DNA of 64,000 nt from an uncultured Candidatus Saccharibacteria bacterium (GTDB lineage: Bacteria > Patescibacteriota > JAQUNI01), in the NCBI GenBank assembly GCA_964555185.1, contig CAZKRD010000004.1, positions 755 through 64,754 on the forward strand. Reading direction: 5' to 3'. The translations under genes were made by a program, and so were the position numbers. The notes beneath the pieces were generated by a model that was given only the letters and a program-made list of their open reading frames with translations, did not search any database and was not told where the DNA came from. Positions 1 to 12,200 of the stretch are shown one piece after another (positions within the stretch are counted from its first letter, which is position 1; the number at the start of each line of letters is the position of its first letter).

Positions 1-1
1 T

Positions 2-3000
2 GCCTATACCCTCTATCTCTATGACACTAACCAATCTCACCTCCTCCATGTCCTATGGAACGAAGACGACTCTGCTCACCGCATCCTAAACCTCGCTGTT
101 GGAGGCGGCAATAGAGCATTCACCCTCAATGAAGACCTCACCATCGGAGACGGCCAGAATGTTACGATCACCGCCTTAGGCCAAGCCAACACCCTAACCT
201 TAAATGAGTCCTTTACGATTGGAGACGGCAATGACGGCACCCTCACTTACTCCGCCTCCTCCAAGACCCTAACCGTAGAAGATGACTCCTATATCAACCA
301 AGACCTAACCACAGACGCCAACCCGACATTCGCAGGACTAAACGCTGATGCTATTAACATTGGCATCACTTCTTCTTTTGAAATAGACACTGATTCAAAT
401 ATCCTTCTTCTAGATTCAAACTCAGGTACAGTCAAGATAGATGATGACCTTTACATCACCGGACAAGTTAAAGGAGACTCAAGCTTCGCATTCGGCGGAG
501 CAGACACGGAAAGCTACAACGTAATTGGAGACACCACTACAAACATGGGTCATTCGCTATCAAGCGATGACGACCTATATATAGAAGGCGATTTAGAGGT
601 AGACGGTTCTGCTTGGTTTGATGCTTCAGTGACAATCGCAGACAAACTGACAGTAGATGGAACTACTCTTCATGTTAATTCTGATACTAACCGAGTGGGG
701 ATTGGGACGGTGAGTCCTGCAAAAAACTTAGATATTTATGATGCTACTGGAGCAGAACTTTTATTAGTGCGAGACGATTCTTCTACTGAAATTAACAATT
801 TACTTGGTCAAATATTATTTGATGCAAATGATGGTTTAAGTTCTGTAGATGCTTCAGTAATGATTAGAGCTTATGCTTCTGAAGAACATATTACAATTAA
901 TAAAGGAGGATATTTAACATTTGAAACAAAACGAGATAATGTAAACGATAATCAACCAGCTAATGAGTGGATGAGATTAACATCAGCAGGATTTCTCGGC
1001 ATAAACACCACACTTCCTGACCGCAAACTAGATGTTTTAGATGCCTCTAACCCCCAACTCCGTCTAACTTACACAGACGGGAGTGTGTATTCCGAATTTC
1101 AAACAGACTCTGGTGGAGACTTAACCATAGATATGTCGGGAGGTAATTTGCTCTTAGCTGATGCAGATACTTTTGCTGTGGGTGGAACATTAGGACAAGC
1201 CTATAATGTAATTGGTGATACTACTACGGGAATGGGTCATTCTTTATCTTCAGATGATGACTTATACCTTGAAGGAGATTTGGAAGTAGACGGCACAGCA
1301 TGGTTTGACGGAGGAATCACGACCCCAAGCCTTGCCATCTCCGGATTAACTGCTTCAAGACTGGTTGCTACAGACGCAGCTAAAAACATTGTCTCTTCTG
1401 ACCTTTACGCCTGGGTAACCGGTACAGCCAATCGAGTCACAGTCGCGGATGATGCAGACGGAACAATCACTCTCTCTGCTCCTCAAGATATCCATACAGC
1501 AGCCAACCCAACATTCGCAGGCTTAAACGCAGACGCGATCAACATCGGAATCACTTCTTCTTTTGAAATAGACACTGATTCAAATATCCTCCTCTTAGAC
1601 TCAAGTTCAGGCACAGTTAAAGTAGACGACAACCTCTATATCACCGGACAAGTTAAAGGAGACTCAAGCTTCGCATTCGGAGGAGCAGACACGGAAAGCT
1701 ACAACATAATCGGAGACACCACCACAAACATGGGCCACTCCCTAGCCTCTGATGATGATTTATATATAGAAGGAGACCTGGAAGTGGACGGTTCTGCTTG
1801 GTTTGATGCTTCGGTCACAATCGCAGACAAACTGACAGTAGATGGAACTACTCTTCATGTGAATTCTGATACTAATCGGGTGGGGATTGGGACGACGGGA
1901 CCAACAGCGAAGTTGGAAGTTTCTGGTGGGAATTTGAAAATGACAAGTGGAAATATAGCTTTGAATGGTAATTGGTTAAGTAAAGATGGTGATAATGAAG
2001 GACTCTACATTCAAAGTAATGGTTATATAAATAATTTCGGCGAGGGTGCAACTCAGAATTTTGTCATAATAGGGACTGCATTATTCCGTGGTGCAACTTT
2101 TAGTATTGAAAATGCAAGTGCTAAGAATATTCTTGTGACATCTGGAAATAATATAAATCTGGTGACTGCCAGCGGCGGCAACGTCGGCATAAACACCGTA
2201 GGCCCCGACCGTAAACTAGACATCTTAGACGCCACTAACCCCCAACTACGCCTAACCCACACAGACGGGAGTGTTTATGTGGATATGCAAGCAACTTCGG
2301 CAGGACATTTAAGTATTTCAGGAAGTGGGGGGAATGTGGGAATTGGGACAACAACACCTACTTCAAAACTTCATATATTTTCACCTGATGATGCAGATTC
2401 GTGGAATAGTGCCCAACCATTAGTGGAAATAACTAATCTTGATGTAAATGCAACCGATGCAGCTGCTTTACTTGTTCGTGGTGGAGCAAATAATGTAGTT
2501 GGTCTAACTTTTCAAGTGCAAGATTATAGTGGGAATACAGATTTTGTAATAACAGGAAACGGCAACGTCGGCATTGGAACTGCGAGTCCCAATCTTAAAG
2601 TTGAATGGGCAGACGCAACAAGAAGTGGATTTTTGGATTTTGGCTTAGGAGGAGTAACAATAGGAGGAGCAGCAGGAAATAATTTAGCATTATGGACTAA
2701 TGGCAATCAACAAGTTACTATAGACACCAACGGCAACGTCGGCATCGGCACCACTGCTCCAGATAAAATTCTTGAAATCAACAAATCCACAGGAGGAGAG
2801 ATCCGCCTTACCTACAATGACTCTGATGGTAGTGCTGCTAACTATGCTGATTTCAGTGTAGGTAGTGGTGGAGATTTAACTATAGATGCCTCTGGTGGAA
2901 ACTTGCTTTTAGCAGATAGTGATACTTTTGCTGTGGGTGGAGCGTTAGGACAAGCCTACAATGTAATTGGAGACACGACCACGAACATGGGCCACTCCCT

Positions 3001-6000
3001 AGCATCAGATGATGATTTATATATAGAAGGAGATCTGGAAGTAGACGGCACAGCATGGTTTGACGGAGGAATCACCACCCCAAGCCTTGCCATCTCCGGA
3101 TTAACTGCTTCAAGACTGGTTGCTACAGACGCAGCTAAAAACATTGTCTCTTCTGACCTTTACGCCTGGGTAACCGGTACAGCCAATCGAGTCACAGTCG
3201 CGGATGATGCAGACGGAACAATCACTCTCTCTGCTCCTCAAGATATCCATACAGCAGCCAACCCAACATTCGCAGGCTTAAACGCAGACGCCATCAACAT
3301 CGGAATCACTTCTTCTTTTGAAATAGACACAGACTCAAACATCCTCCTCTTAGACTCAAGCTCTGGCACAGTCAAAATAGATGATGACCTCTACATCACC
3401 GGACAAGTTAAAGGAGACAGCTCCTTCGCCTTTGGCGGAGCAGACACCCAAAACTACAACGTAATTGGAGACACCACTACGAATATGGGTCACTCCCTAG
3501 CATCAGATGATGACCTCTATATTGAAGGAGATTTGGAAGTAGACGGTTCTGCCTGGTTTGATTCTGCAATTACTGTAGCAGGAGACATCACTCTTACGGG
3601 ACATCTCTTACCTTCTGCTAATGATCAATATGATCTAGGTTCAGATAGTCTGCGCTGGAGAGACCTCTACCTGGGCCCTGGTTCTGTCCATATGGGTGTT
3701 TCTGGCAATGAAGCCATAATCGGCTATGACACTACCTCAAACTACATCACCTTTGACCCAGATGGAGACACCACAGCAGAGATGGTGATTGATGATTCTG
3801 GGAATGTGGGGATTGGGACGACTGGGCCAGACAGAAAGCTAGACATCATAGACTCATCTAACCCTCAATTAAGGTTATCTTATGTCGATTCCAATGCTTA
3901 CGCAGATTTTCAAGTAGAAAGTAACGGATATCTTGGCATACTACCTTCTGGTAAGAATGTCGGCATCGGCACCACTAGTCCCAGCGCCCTTCTCCATGTA
4001 GCTGAAAGTAGAACTTCAGGTACGATCACAAAACTGTCTTATCCTTCTGCCACCACTCTAGCTGGCAGTGTGATTGGCACTGATATTGATCTTTTAACCA
4101 ATCTCACCCCCGGATCCTATGATATTACAGGATTGCAAATCACAATGCCGTCAACAGGCACGGGAGATCATAGCTTTGCCAAGTTTATTGAAGGTTCCAC
4201 TACGCTTTATGACTTTAATACTGTAACTGCCCAATTCGATGTACCAACTTCATTTAATGCCGCTGGCGATGTTTCTTTATCCTATGATTTAATTTTGACC
4301 AATGCCAATGCTAGCTATATTAAATCGAACGGCTCTTTATATATTGAGGCTGGTGATCCAAACCAAAATTATGGTTTGACTCTATCAGCCAATGGATCGG
4401 GCAGAGTTATTGTTAGTGACAATTTTTATGTTACTGGCCCTGTTCAGGGAGATTCTGCCTTCGCCTTTGGCGGAGCAGACACCCAAACCTACAACGTAAT
4501 CGGAGACACCACGACAAACATGGGCCACTCCCTTGCTTCCGATGATGATCTCTACATTGAAGGAGACCTGGAAGTAGACGGTTCTGCTTGGTTTGATGCT
4601 TCTGTTACAATTGCAGACACACTGACTGTAGCTGGAGACATCCTTGCTACTTCTGGTGTCCATATTGGTGTAGATACTACTCCTAATCTTATTGATGACG
4701 CCACTAACGGATCAGATTCTACCACTCTCTACATTGGCAATAAGATTATTAGCACAGAGGCCTCTGATGCCAGAAAAAAGGATGTGATTGGCACAACCGG
4801 GAGAGGTCTCCAAGACATCCTGGAGATGAAGGTAGTAGACTTTACCTGGAAGCCAGACTTTGACATTGATTCCAGCACGATTAACACTGGGATACTGGCC
4901 CAAGAGATGTATCAGATCCTGCCCTCTGTAGTTAGAGTACCCCCGGATGAAGAGACCGGCCTATGGTCTATTCAGTACAACAACATGGTTCCTGTCCTCG
5001 TCAGAGCGATCCAGGAACAACAGGGACAGCTTTCTGTACTTGATGATGAAATGTTATTGGTTAACGATCAGATTATGGAGCTTTCTGGGATTATTTCTGA
5101 TAGTATGCCGGCTTTTTCCGCATTAGATTTAGAGATTGATGGTTTAGGCGAGGAACTGGCGGATTACGGAGCGCAGATTGATGATTTAGAGGTGAGAGTG
5201 GGCGACTTAGAGGGAGGTTCTGATACTGTTCCAGAAACAGACCTTGGAGATAATGGCGACACAACCTCCGAATCTGAAGAGGTGAACCCAGAGTCTTTGC
5301 AAGAGACCTTGCAGACTCTGGTTGACAGCCTGGACGCTCTTTCTGGTTTGACCAGTCAGCTTGGCATTTTAACTGATTCTATCCTAACTGTGATGGAATC
5401 CAATCAAGTGAACACAGCAAGGATTGAAGAACTAGAAGCAGAAGTAGGAGAATTAAAGCAGATTGCGAGGATTGTGGACGAGAAAGTAGTGATTGGCACA
5501 CCCGATCAGTATTTGGTTTTGGACGCGGCAAGCGGACTTGAGATTAACAGTGAGAATTTTGTTCTGGATCCAGACGGCAATGTGACGATCGCTGGTGAGC
5601 TTAACCTGCTTTCCGGCAGGATTAATTCAGAGTCCGGGGTTTTAGAGCTAAATCCGGGTGAGAATGAAGAAGGGGAAAGCAAGGTTGTGGTCCGGGGAGA
5701 CTTGGAAGTGGAAGGAGACTTGTTGGTTTTAGGAACTTCAACAGAACCGGCAGTAGAGGAAGTGGAAGGAGAGGAGGAAGAGAGGGATTCGATCACAGGC
5801 GTGGCTGTAATCTCCGCGGGCGACACCGAGATTGTGGTCGACAATGATAATATAAGCGCAGACTCTTTAATCTATATTACACCCGTGTCGCCTACTCAAG
5901 GCCAGGTCCTGTTTGTTGCGGAAAAGCGCGAGGAAGAGGTTTATGATCAAGATCGGAAGGAATGGTTGGCCCAGGGCTTTACCGTAGCGGTTGAAGAAGA

Positions 6001-6049
6001 GGTGGGGGAGGATATTGAGTTTAATTGGTGGATTGTGGATTCAAACTAA
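2..6049 (+). CDS. Giant repetitive surface/tail-fibre-like protein, 5'-truncated by the window edge (the frame is open from nt 2; the ORF-track Met at 545 is internal). It has repeated Gly/Thr-rich motifs (NVGIGTTxP, GDTTTNMGHSLASDDDLYIEGDLEVDG) and an internal Peptidase_S74-like intramolecular chaperone domain, followed by an ~380-aa acidic coiled-coil tail
   Basis: Translating frame 2 from nt 2 gives no stop codon, and nt 300-545 encode the same repeat seen downstream. The segment SDARKKDVIGTTGRGLQDILEMKVVDFTWKP...GILAQEMYQILPSVVRVPPDEETGLWSIQYNNMVPVLVRAIQEQ matches the endosialidase/tail-spike chaperone (PF13884-like) consensus, including a Ser..Lys dyad. Confidence 0.6.
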   Translation, partial: AYTLYLYDTNQSHLLHVLWNEDDSAHRILNLAVGGGNRAFTLNEDLTIGDGQNVTITALGQANTLTLNESFTIGDGNDGTLTYSASSKTLTVEDDSYINQDLTTDANPTFAGLNADAINIGITSSFEIDTDSNILLLDSNSGTVKIDDDLYITGQVKGDSSFAFGGADTESYNVIGDTTTNMGHSLSSDDDLYIEGDLEVDGSAWFDASVTIADKLTVDGTTLHVNSDTNRVGIGTVSPAKNLDIYDATGAELLLVRDDSSTEINNLLGQILFDANDGLSSVDASVMIRAYASEEHITINKGGYLTFETKRDNVNDNQPANEWMRLTSAGFLGINTTLPDRKLDVLDASNPQLRLTYTDGSVYSEFQTDSGGDLTIDMSGGNLLLADADTFAVGGTLGQAYNVIGDTTTGMGHSLSSDDDLYLEGDLEVDGTAWFDGGITTPSLAISGLTASRLVATDAAKNIVSSDLYAWVTGTANRVTVADDADGTITLSAPQDIHTAANPTFAGLNADAINIGITSSFEIDTDSNILLLDSSSGTVKVDDNLYITGQVKGDSSFAFGGADTESYNIIGDTTTNMGHSLASDDDLYIEGDLEVDGSAWFDASVTIADKLTVDGTTLHVNSDTNRVGIGTTGPTAKLEVSGGNLKMTSGNIALNGNWLSKDGDNEGLYIQSNGYINNFGEGATQNFVIIGTALFRGATFSIENASAKNILVTSGNNINLVTASGGNVGINTVGPDRKLDILDATNPQLRLTHTDGSVYVDMQATSAGHLSISGSGGNVGIGTTTPTSKLHIFSPDDADSWNSAQPLVEITNLDVNATDAAALLVRGGANNVVGLTFQVQDYSGNTDFVITGNGNVGIGTASPNLKVEWADATRSGFLDFGLGGVTIGGAAGNNLALWTNGNQQVTIDTNGNVGIGTTAPDKILEINKSTGGEIRLTYNDSDGSAANYADFSVGSGGDLTIDASGGNLLLADSDTFAVGGALGQAYNVIGDTTTNMGHSLASDDDLYIEGDLEVDGTAWFDGGITTPSLAISGLTASRLVATDAAKNIVSSDLYAWVTGTANRVTVADDADGTITLSAPQDIHTAANPTFAGLNADAINIGITSSFEIDTDSNILLLDSSSGTVKIDDDLYITGQVKGDSSFAFGGADTQNYNVIGDTTTNMGHSLASDDDLYIEGDLEVDGSAWFDSAITVAGDITLTGHLLPSANDQYDLGSDSLRWRDLYLGPGSVHMGVSGNEAIIGYDTTSNYITFDPDGDTTAEMVIDDSGNVGIGTTGPDRKLDIIDSSNPQLRLSYVDSNAYADFQVESNGYLGILPSGKNVGIGTTSPSALLHVAESRTSGTITKLSYPSATTLAGSVIGTDIDLLTNLTPGSYDITGLQITMPSTGTGDHSFAKFIEGSTTLYDFNTVTAQFDVPTSFNAAGDVSLSYDLILTNANASYIKSNGSLYIEAGDPNQNYGLTLSANGSGRVIVSDNFYVTGPVQGDSAFAFGGADTQTYNVIGDTTTNMGHSLASDDDLYIEGDLEVDGSAWFDASVTIADTLTVAGDILATSGVHIGVDTTPNLIDDATNGSDSTTLYIGNKIISTEASDARKKDVIGTTGRGLQDILEMKVVDFTWKPDFDIDSSTINTGILAQEMYQILPSVVRVPPDEETGLWSIQYNNMVPVLVRAIQEQQGQLSVLDDEMLLVNDQIMELSGIISDSMPAFSALDLEIDGLGEELADYGAQIDDLEVRVGDLEGGSDTVPETDLGDNGDTTSESEEVNPESLQETLQTLVDSLDALSGLTSQLGILTDSILTVMESNQVNTARIEELEAEVGELKQIARIVDEKVVIGTPDQYLVLDAASGLEINSENFVLDPDGNVTIAGELNLLSGRINSESGVLELNPGENEEGESKVVVRGDLEVEGDLLVLGTSTEPAVEEVEGEEEERDSITGVAVISAGDTEIVVDNDNISADSLIYITPVSPTQGQVLFVAEKREEEVYDQDRKEWLAQGFTVAVEEEVGEDIEFNWWIVDSN
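1141..1900 (+). repeat. Intragenic near-identical repeat block, copy A, within the giant gene. Related copies lie at ~300-710, 2893-3560 and 4440-4630
   Basis: About 285 nt at 1290-1575 match 3040-3325 with only ~2 mismatches. The motif GDTTTNMGHSL(A/S)SDDDLYIEGDLEVDG recurs 6 times, at nt ~545, 1230, 1728, 2982, 3483 and 4517. Confidence 0.8.
2893..3560 (+). repeat. Intragenic near-identical repeat block, copy B
   Basis: Direct nucleotide comparison with 1141-1900. Confidence 0.8.
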
Positions 6050-6063
6050 GATTTACAATTATT

Positions 6064-6262
6064 CTAATTATACTAATTGTTCTAATTATTCTAAGAAATG
6101 ACCAAGCCCCAATGACCAAATTAATAGAATTATTCTAATTAACCTAATTATTCTAAACAAATCCCAATAACCAATGACCCAAAATTAATTTTATTTTTTG
6201 GGGTTTGGGACTTAGTCATTATTTAGAACAATTAGTATAATTAGAACAATTAGTATAATTTT
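6064..6262. mobile_element. MITE-like non-autonomous element with 18-bp terminal inverted repeats (attatactaattgttcta ... tagaacaattagtataat, the right TIR tandemly doubled). Internal ccaatgacc modules and a central imperfect palindrome
   Basis: The left TIR at ~6067-6084 is the exact reverse complement of tagaacaattagtataat at 6225-6242 and 6243-6260. Confidence 0.55.
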
Positions 6263-6270
6263 CTTCCCTT

Positions 6271-9200
6271 ATGTTGCTAAAAATAAAAAAACCTATTTGT
6301 TGGTTTAAAAAACTAAGCAAACGAGTTCTGTTTTTAATTATCTTAGGCATCTTCTTTGTCGGTGCCGGAGTTTTTACGATCGTAGCGGTTAATAATCGCG
6401 GCAACGAACCGGTTGCTTGGTGGCGGTTAGACGAGGGCTATGGCACAAGCGCTTATGATGCCAGCGCAAACTCCAACACAGGCACGATAATCAATGCTGT
6501 TTGGAAAAACGAACCCTATTGCAAAACAGGAAAATGCCTCTACTTTGACGGAACCAATGATTATTTATCAATAATTAATGATTCAACACTCAATCCAACA
6601 GAAGGAGTAACAATAGAAACATGGGCAAGACCCAACAACTTTGACTCCTCTGCCTCCTTAATTAAAAAAGACCAGCAATATTCATTAGACATTGCTCAAG
6701 GAGTGCCTAACTTCAGAGCTTACGCCAACTCAAGATGGTATTCTGCCATAGGCGGTGAAAGGGCTTGGCTTTTCAGAGAGCCAGCTGACAACCAGCTTAC
6801 AGGCGATGGCGGAGCCACCTTCACAGAAGCTTTTGGTTACCGAGCCCTAACCCCTGCAAACCTCACAGCAGAAAAAGGAGTACTAATTACTGACGCTGAC
6901 GGCAGTGGCTCTGGAAGTGGCGACAACTTACAATACAGCCGTGGAAGCCAGAGCACCCCCGATGGAACTAATGTTGTCTACGAAAACTTTGATCCAAACC
7001 AAGGCACTTTGGAGTTTTGGGTCAGACCTAATTGGGATGGGGATGATGGGTTAAGGCATTATATAACTCAAGGGTGGCATGACACTAATAATCGTTTTCA
7101 AATACGTAAAGATATTAGCACTAATGATTTATATTTTTCTTATTACGCCAACAGTTCTGGGGCTGACGTAGGGGCTTATGATATATCATCTTGGAACGCA
7201 GGAGTTTGGCACCATATTATAGGAGTGTGGGATAAAAATAATGTGACCAATGGCACCGATAATATAACTTTATATGTTGATGGTTCAAGGATAGCTGGTA
7301 ATGTCACTGACCCTGGACAGGCAGAAGGAGTAGATACTGATTTTCATATTGGCTCTGGCAGAGACGGTGCTGATCAATTCAACGGCACAATTGCTGGCAG
7401 AATATTAAATCGGCCACTGACAAGCACTGAAGTCACGGCTCTGTATAATTCTGGGGCTGGCTCAACCGACACCTTTACCGTCACCCCAGACACGGTTTGG
7501 ATGGGGACTTACTCTGACGACTCCACAACAGCCACATATTGGCATACTGGCAAAAGCGTGTCCGCAATCGCAGACGGAGCAAACGAAGACACCCTGACAA
7601 CCGCCAGCGGAGCAGACAACTCCTTCAGCGATAACGACCGCGTCGTAGTTTACGACGGCACGGGCTACAAAGTAGAGGGTTGTGTGGACGGCGCGCCAAG
7701 CGACACCAGCGTTGCAGTTGACAACTGCGCCGACGCTGACCCAGGAACCACTGAAAATATAGGTGTTCATGCTGAACTAGATTCTTCTACTCCTGAATAT
7801 TTCTATAATGCCGCTGCCTCTATGAAGCCAGGCGATGGCGTTGATTTCTATGTTGCCGCGTGGGTAAATCCAGCAGTGGTTGGTACATATATTATTTTTC
7901 AATCAGGTCTGCCTTATGCTTGGGTAGATCGTGCTGGTTATTATTTTTACATGTCTGGTGATAAAATTGGAATTCGTCTTGATGATGAAACTGATACGGG
8001 TGGTGGTGCGTTTACTTCAGAAGCTTGTATTGTAGCTGATAAGTGGCAGCACATAGCAGTGAGAGTAGATAGGGATGATTTAGCTTATTTTTTCTGTAAT
8101 GGTTATGCCGCAGGAACTGCAAATGTATCAGGGTATGATGGTGACTTATCTGATGCTGCTATTACTAGGATTGGAACAGGTTATAATGGAGCAGGTAATC
8201 CGCAATATAGTTTTGATGGTAAGATTCGTGACGTTAGAATACAGGTAGGTGGAACACAGCCCTCAGATGCGCAGATTTTGTATCAAGCAACGCATCCTTT
8301 GGATTATACCGCAAGTTCATGGACACTGAATGGTTCTCGAGGATATTACACTATGACAGACTCTGATATGTCTTCTGGTTTGACAGCTTCAGGAGATGCC
8401 ATTGCTTTGTTAACTGCGGGTGGTGGTAATCCTAGGGAACAAGAAGCGTTTGTTAGCAAAAACCTGATTCAAGACGGGTCAATGGAAAACGGGGGAATAG
8501 GGGAGTGGCAAGTCGGCGATGTAGCAACAACTCTGGCCAAAGATACCACAACAATAAAATACGACAACCAATCATTAAAAATCACTAACGCTGACGCCAG
8601 TCAGGCGTTTGCTCGCCAAAGCATTACCACAGTCGCAGGCGAGGATTATTATTTTAATGGTTGGTTTTATGGTCCCTCTACAGTCAACGGCGCAAGTCAA
8701 TTAGTTGATGTTGATGCTACTGCGGCATTAGGTGTAACAGCCACACAAGCAGGCGCTATTGCCTCAACATGGAAAGAGGTGGATTTTTGCTTTGAAGCTG
8801 GCGACACCTCTACTGACATTGATTTGGGCAGTGGTTCTGTTATTGATACTGAAATTGGCTATTGGGATTCTGTAAAGCTCCTCCCCAACCTTATTGATGA
8901 CGGTGGCATGGAGGGGGCTTATACTAGCTGTGGCGCATCACTTACATTGTCATCAGTCAATACTACGTTTACATCAACTAGAGTAACAGATGGCTCTGCC
9001 TGGACTTTGTCCAGCGTCATTTCAGGATATATAGCCATAGCCAGTGGTGGTTCAAAAGGAATGATTACTGTTGTTGACGACGGTTCTGATTATGTAGATG
9101 TAGAAAATTGGGATGCTGGAACACCAAGCAATGGCGAAACCGTACGTATTTATTATGCGCTACCTGACGGATGGTCAACTTCAATTTGTAATTCTGCGAG

Positions 9201-12200
9201 CAAACCTCGTCGACTTGAAGGTCGTACTGGGAGTTATGCTCAACAACTTAGAATGGGCGCCGCTAGCTGTACCCATTATTTGTATCAAGACATAGCTGGG
9301 TATGAAGATTTTAAAGGTAAATATCTGACCTTAAGCGCTTGGGTTAATGGTAACTGGAGTATTGGCGCTGGCTCTTGCACACCTCCTTATATTATGATTG
9401 ATGATGGTGTGTCAACTGTCTCGTCAGAAACAAAGAGCGTTGATGATGGTTGGGAGAAGTTAATAATCACTAAGCTGATAAGTGATAGCGCAACCAAAAT
9501 CAGAGTAAGATTATATGTGCCTTATTATATTTATTCAACATGGGATGATATTTCTCTTGTTGTCCTTGATGATATTTCTCCAAGTACGGCTACGCCGTCA
9601 ACCGAGGCAAATTCTTTTGGCACAGGTAAGTGGAGCGACACGAACGGCGCATTTCTGGTTGACGGCGGAGATACTTTAACATACACACAATCTGGCAATC
9701 TTGACAACGAGGCAGGCACAGTGGCTTTTTGGGTGAAACCAAATGGCTACGACGAATCAACTCCAGTGGACAAATACTGGATTGACACCCGCGACTCAAC
9801 CCCAGACCAAGGGTTTTATGTGTATATGAACTCAACCGAAGACGATGTGGTATTTGCCGGCAATGACAGCGTTAATGTTTGGGCGGCCACCTCAACAGCA
9901 ATTGATTGGAGCGTTAATGCCTGGCACCACATAGCAGTAACCTACGACTGCTCACAAGCAGGTGGCTCTGACGAAGTCTACTTATATATTGATGGCTCCG
10001 TAGCGGCTTCAGATACTTCAGAAACCTGCGCTTCTTGGACTCTGCCAACTAATATGTATGTAAATAGTGATTATGCTGGAGCAAACCAAGGAGATGCTTA
10101 TCTTGATGATATTAGAACATATGACTCAGTGCTTTCATCAACAGAAATTACTGATATTTATAACAACACAAAATTGCGGACTGTTTCTGCCAACGAATGG
10201 GCGCATTTAACAGGGGTTTATTCAAAAGACGACGCTAATCTAAAAATTTATAAAAATGGGGTGTTGCAGAATACAGTGGCTGTGGGCGCCAGCTACGACT
10301 TAGCAACCAGCTCAAATAATTTAATGCTCGGCGAAGCATTTTTCGGATTTTTAGACGAGCCCCGCATATACGACTATGCTAGAACCGCTGACCAAGTTAA
10401 AGCTGACTATGTTGCTGCTTCGTCTTTGCGTGGAGCTTCTGGCAGAGCTGTAACAGTTGGGGAAGGGATTGACTCAAGCGAAGGGCTTGTGGCTCACTGG
10501 GCAATGGACGAGTCCGCGTGGGACGGCACTACAGATGAGGTTGTTGACTCCTCTGGCAATGCCAACCACGGCGTGCGTGTCGCCGATGCCAACACCACAA
10601 GCACCGCAAAATACGGCAGAGCAGGGACTTTTGATGGCACAGGGGATTATGTGGATATTGGAATCGGCCCCACTGCGGTAAACGTGGTAGCTTTTTGGGC
10701 AAATCCAGGCACCACATCAGATTATTTTATAGACTTGAACGGCTCTGCCTATATTAGCGTATCATCCGGGACTTTATCGGCAACAGGATTTACTGATCCA
10801 ACAATTTATGTAAATGGCGCAGTGTCTAATACTATCGTAGCTAGCGCGTGGCAGCACATTGTTGTTACAACAAATACTAGTATCAATGCCAGTGATTTGG
10901 ATATAGGCAGATTAGAAGGAACAGATGATTATCAAGGGGAAATTGATGATGTTAAGATGTATAGCGTTATTCGTTCAGCCAGTCAAATCCGCAAGGATTA
11001 TGAAACCGGCCCGCCACCTGACCTGCACTTAAAAATGGATGAAAACACCGGCGATACGGTTTATGATACAGCAGGAGAGAATGATGGGATTTTGGGTACT
11101 GGCTCTGGTGTTGATGTAAGGGATCCTTCTTGGGCTCCTGGTAAATATGGCAGTGGCTTAAAGCTTGATGGTTATGATGATCGTATAATAGTAAGCCATG
11201 GAAGCGCTTTTGAATTTGGAAGGGGGAATTTTACGATTGCCTTTTGGGCAAAAATAATCGACAATATTCGTATGGGAAAAGACTATTATTATGGTGAAAG
11301 CCCAGCGGGCGAGAATAGGTGGGCGATTCACTCAGCTGGCTATGGCCAAGGGATTATGTGGCAGTCTGCTAACTGCGGGGATGGCTCCAATGATGTCATG
11401 GTGGGTGCTGGCAGTAGTGGCGATTATGCTGACGGCGAGTGGCGTCATTTTGCTTTTGTTAAAAAGGATCAGATAGGATATTGGTATATCAATAGCGTTG
11501 ATAAAACCAGTTGGCGGTCTGATTCTTTTGCTGATTTTGGTTGTTCTTTGAGTAATGACAGAACTTTAGTAATGGGAAGATATACCAGATATCCTGTTGA
11601 TGGAACTGATTATATGGATGGTTCTTTTGATGATTTTAGAGTTTATAAATATGCCCGGACGCAGAAGCAGATTATGGAGGATATGAACGCAGGCCACCCA
11701 GCAGTTGGCTCGCCTGTTGGCTCGTATGTCGGCTATTGGAAGTTTGATGAGGGCTATGGCACTACTGCTTATGATAATTCTGTTAATGATAATGATTTAA
11801 CCCTTTCTAACGAATCCTGGGAAACAGATTGCAAGTTTGATAGTTGCTGGGACGGAGATGGCACAGAATATGTTTATCGCAATGATGATCCTGACTTTGA
11901 TTTTGGGGCTACTGATGACTTCGCAATCACGGGCTGGTTTAAACACGATACGATCGCTGATAACCCAGATTATCTAGTGGTAAAGAATAATGGCAAGGGC
12001 TACAAAATCTATATGGATTCTGACGGCGACCTTGCCTTTGGCATTGATGATGATGCCAGCTTTGACCCTGATGATGTAGTCGGCGATGATCAATCAAAAA
12101 ACTATGATGATAATACCTGGCACCATTTTGCCGCAATCGCAAACGATACTACTTCAATCAAACTCTATGTTGACGGTATCAAGATAGATGAAGACACCAC

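Noticed and set aside
2053-5844. Minus-strand ORFs of 60-112 aa inside the giant repetitive gene (2053-2262, 2524-2706, 2956-3144, 4385-4663, 4712-4903 and 5506-5844)
   Set aside because: They lie antisense within a strongly coding plus-strand gene, have low-complexity translations and no start or RBS context, and are typical antisense shadows of a repetitive GC-richer gene.
545-6049. ORF-track start at Met 545 for the first giant gene
   Set aside because: The same frame is open from nt 2 and nt 300-545 encode the same repeat units found downstream, so the gene begins upstream of the window and Met 545 is internal.
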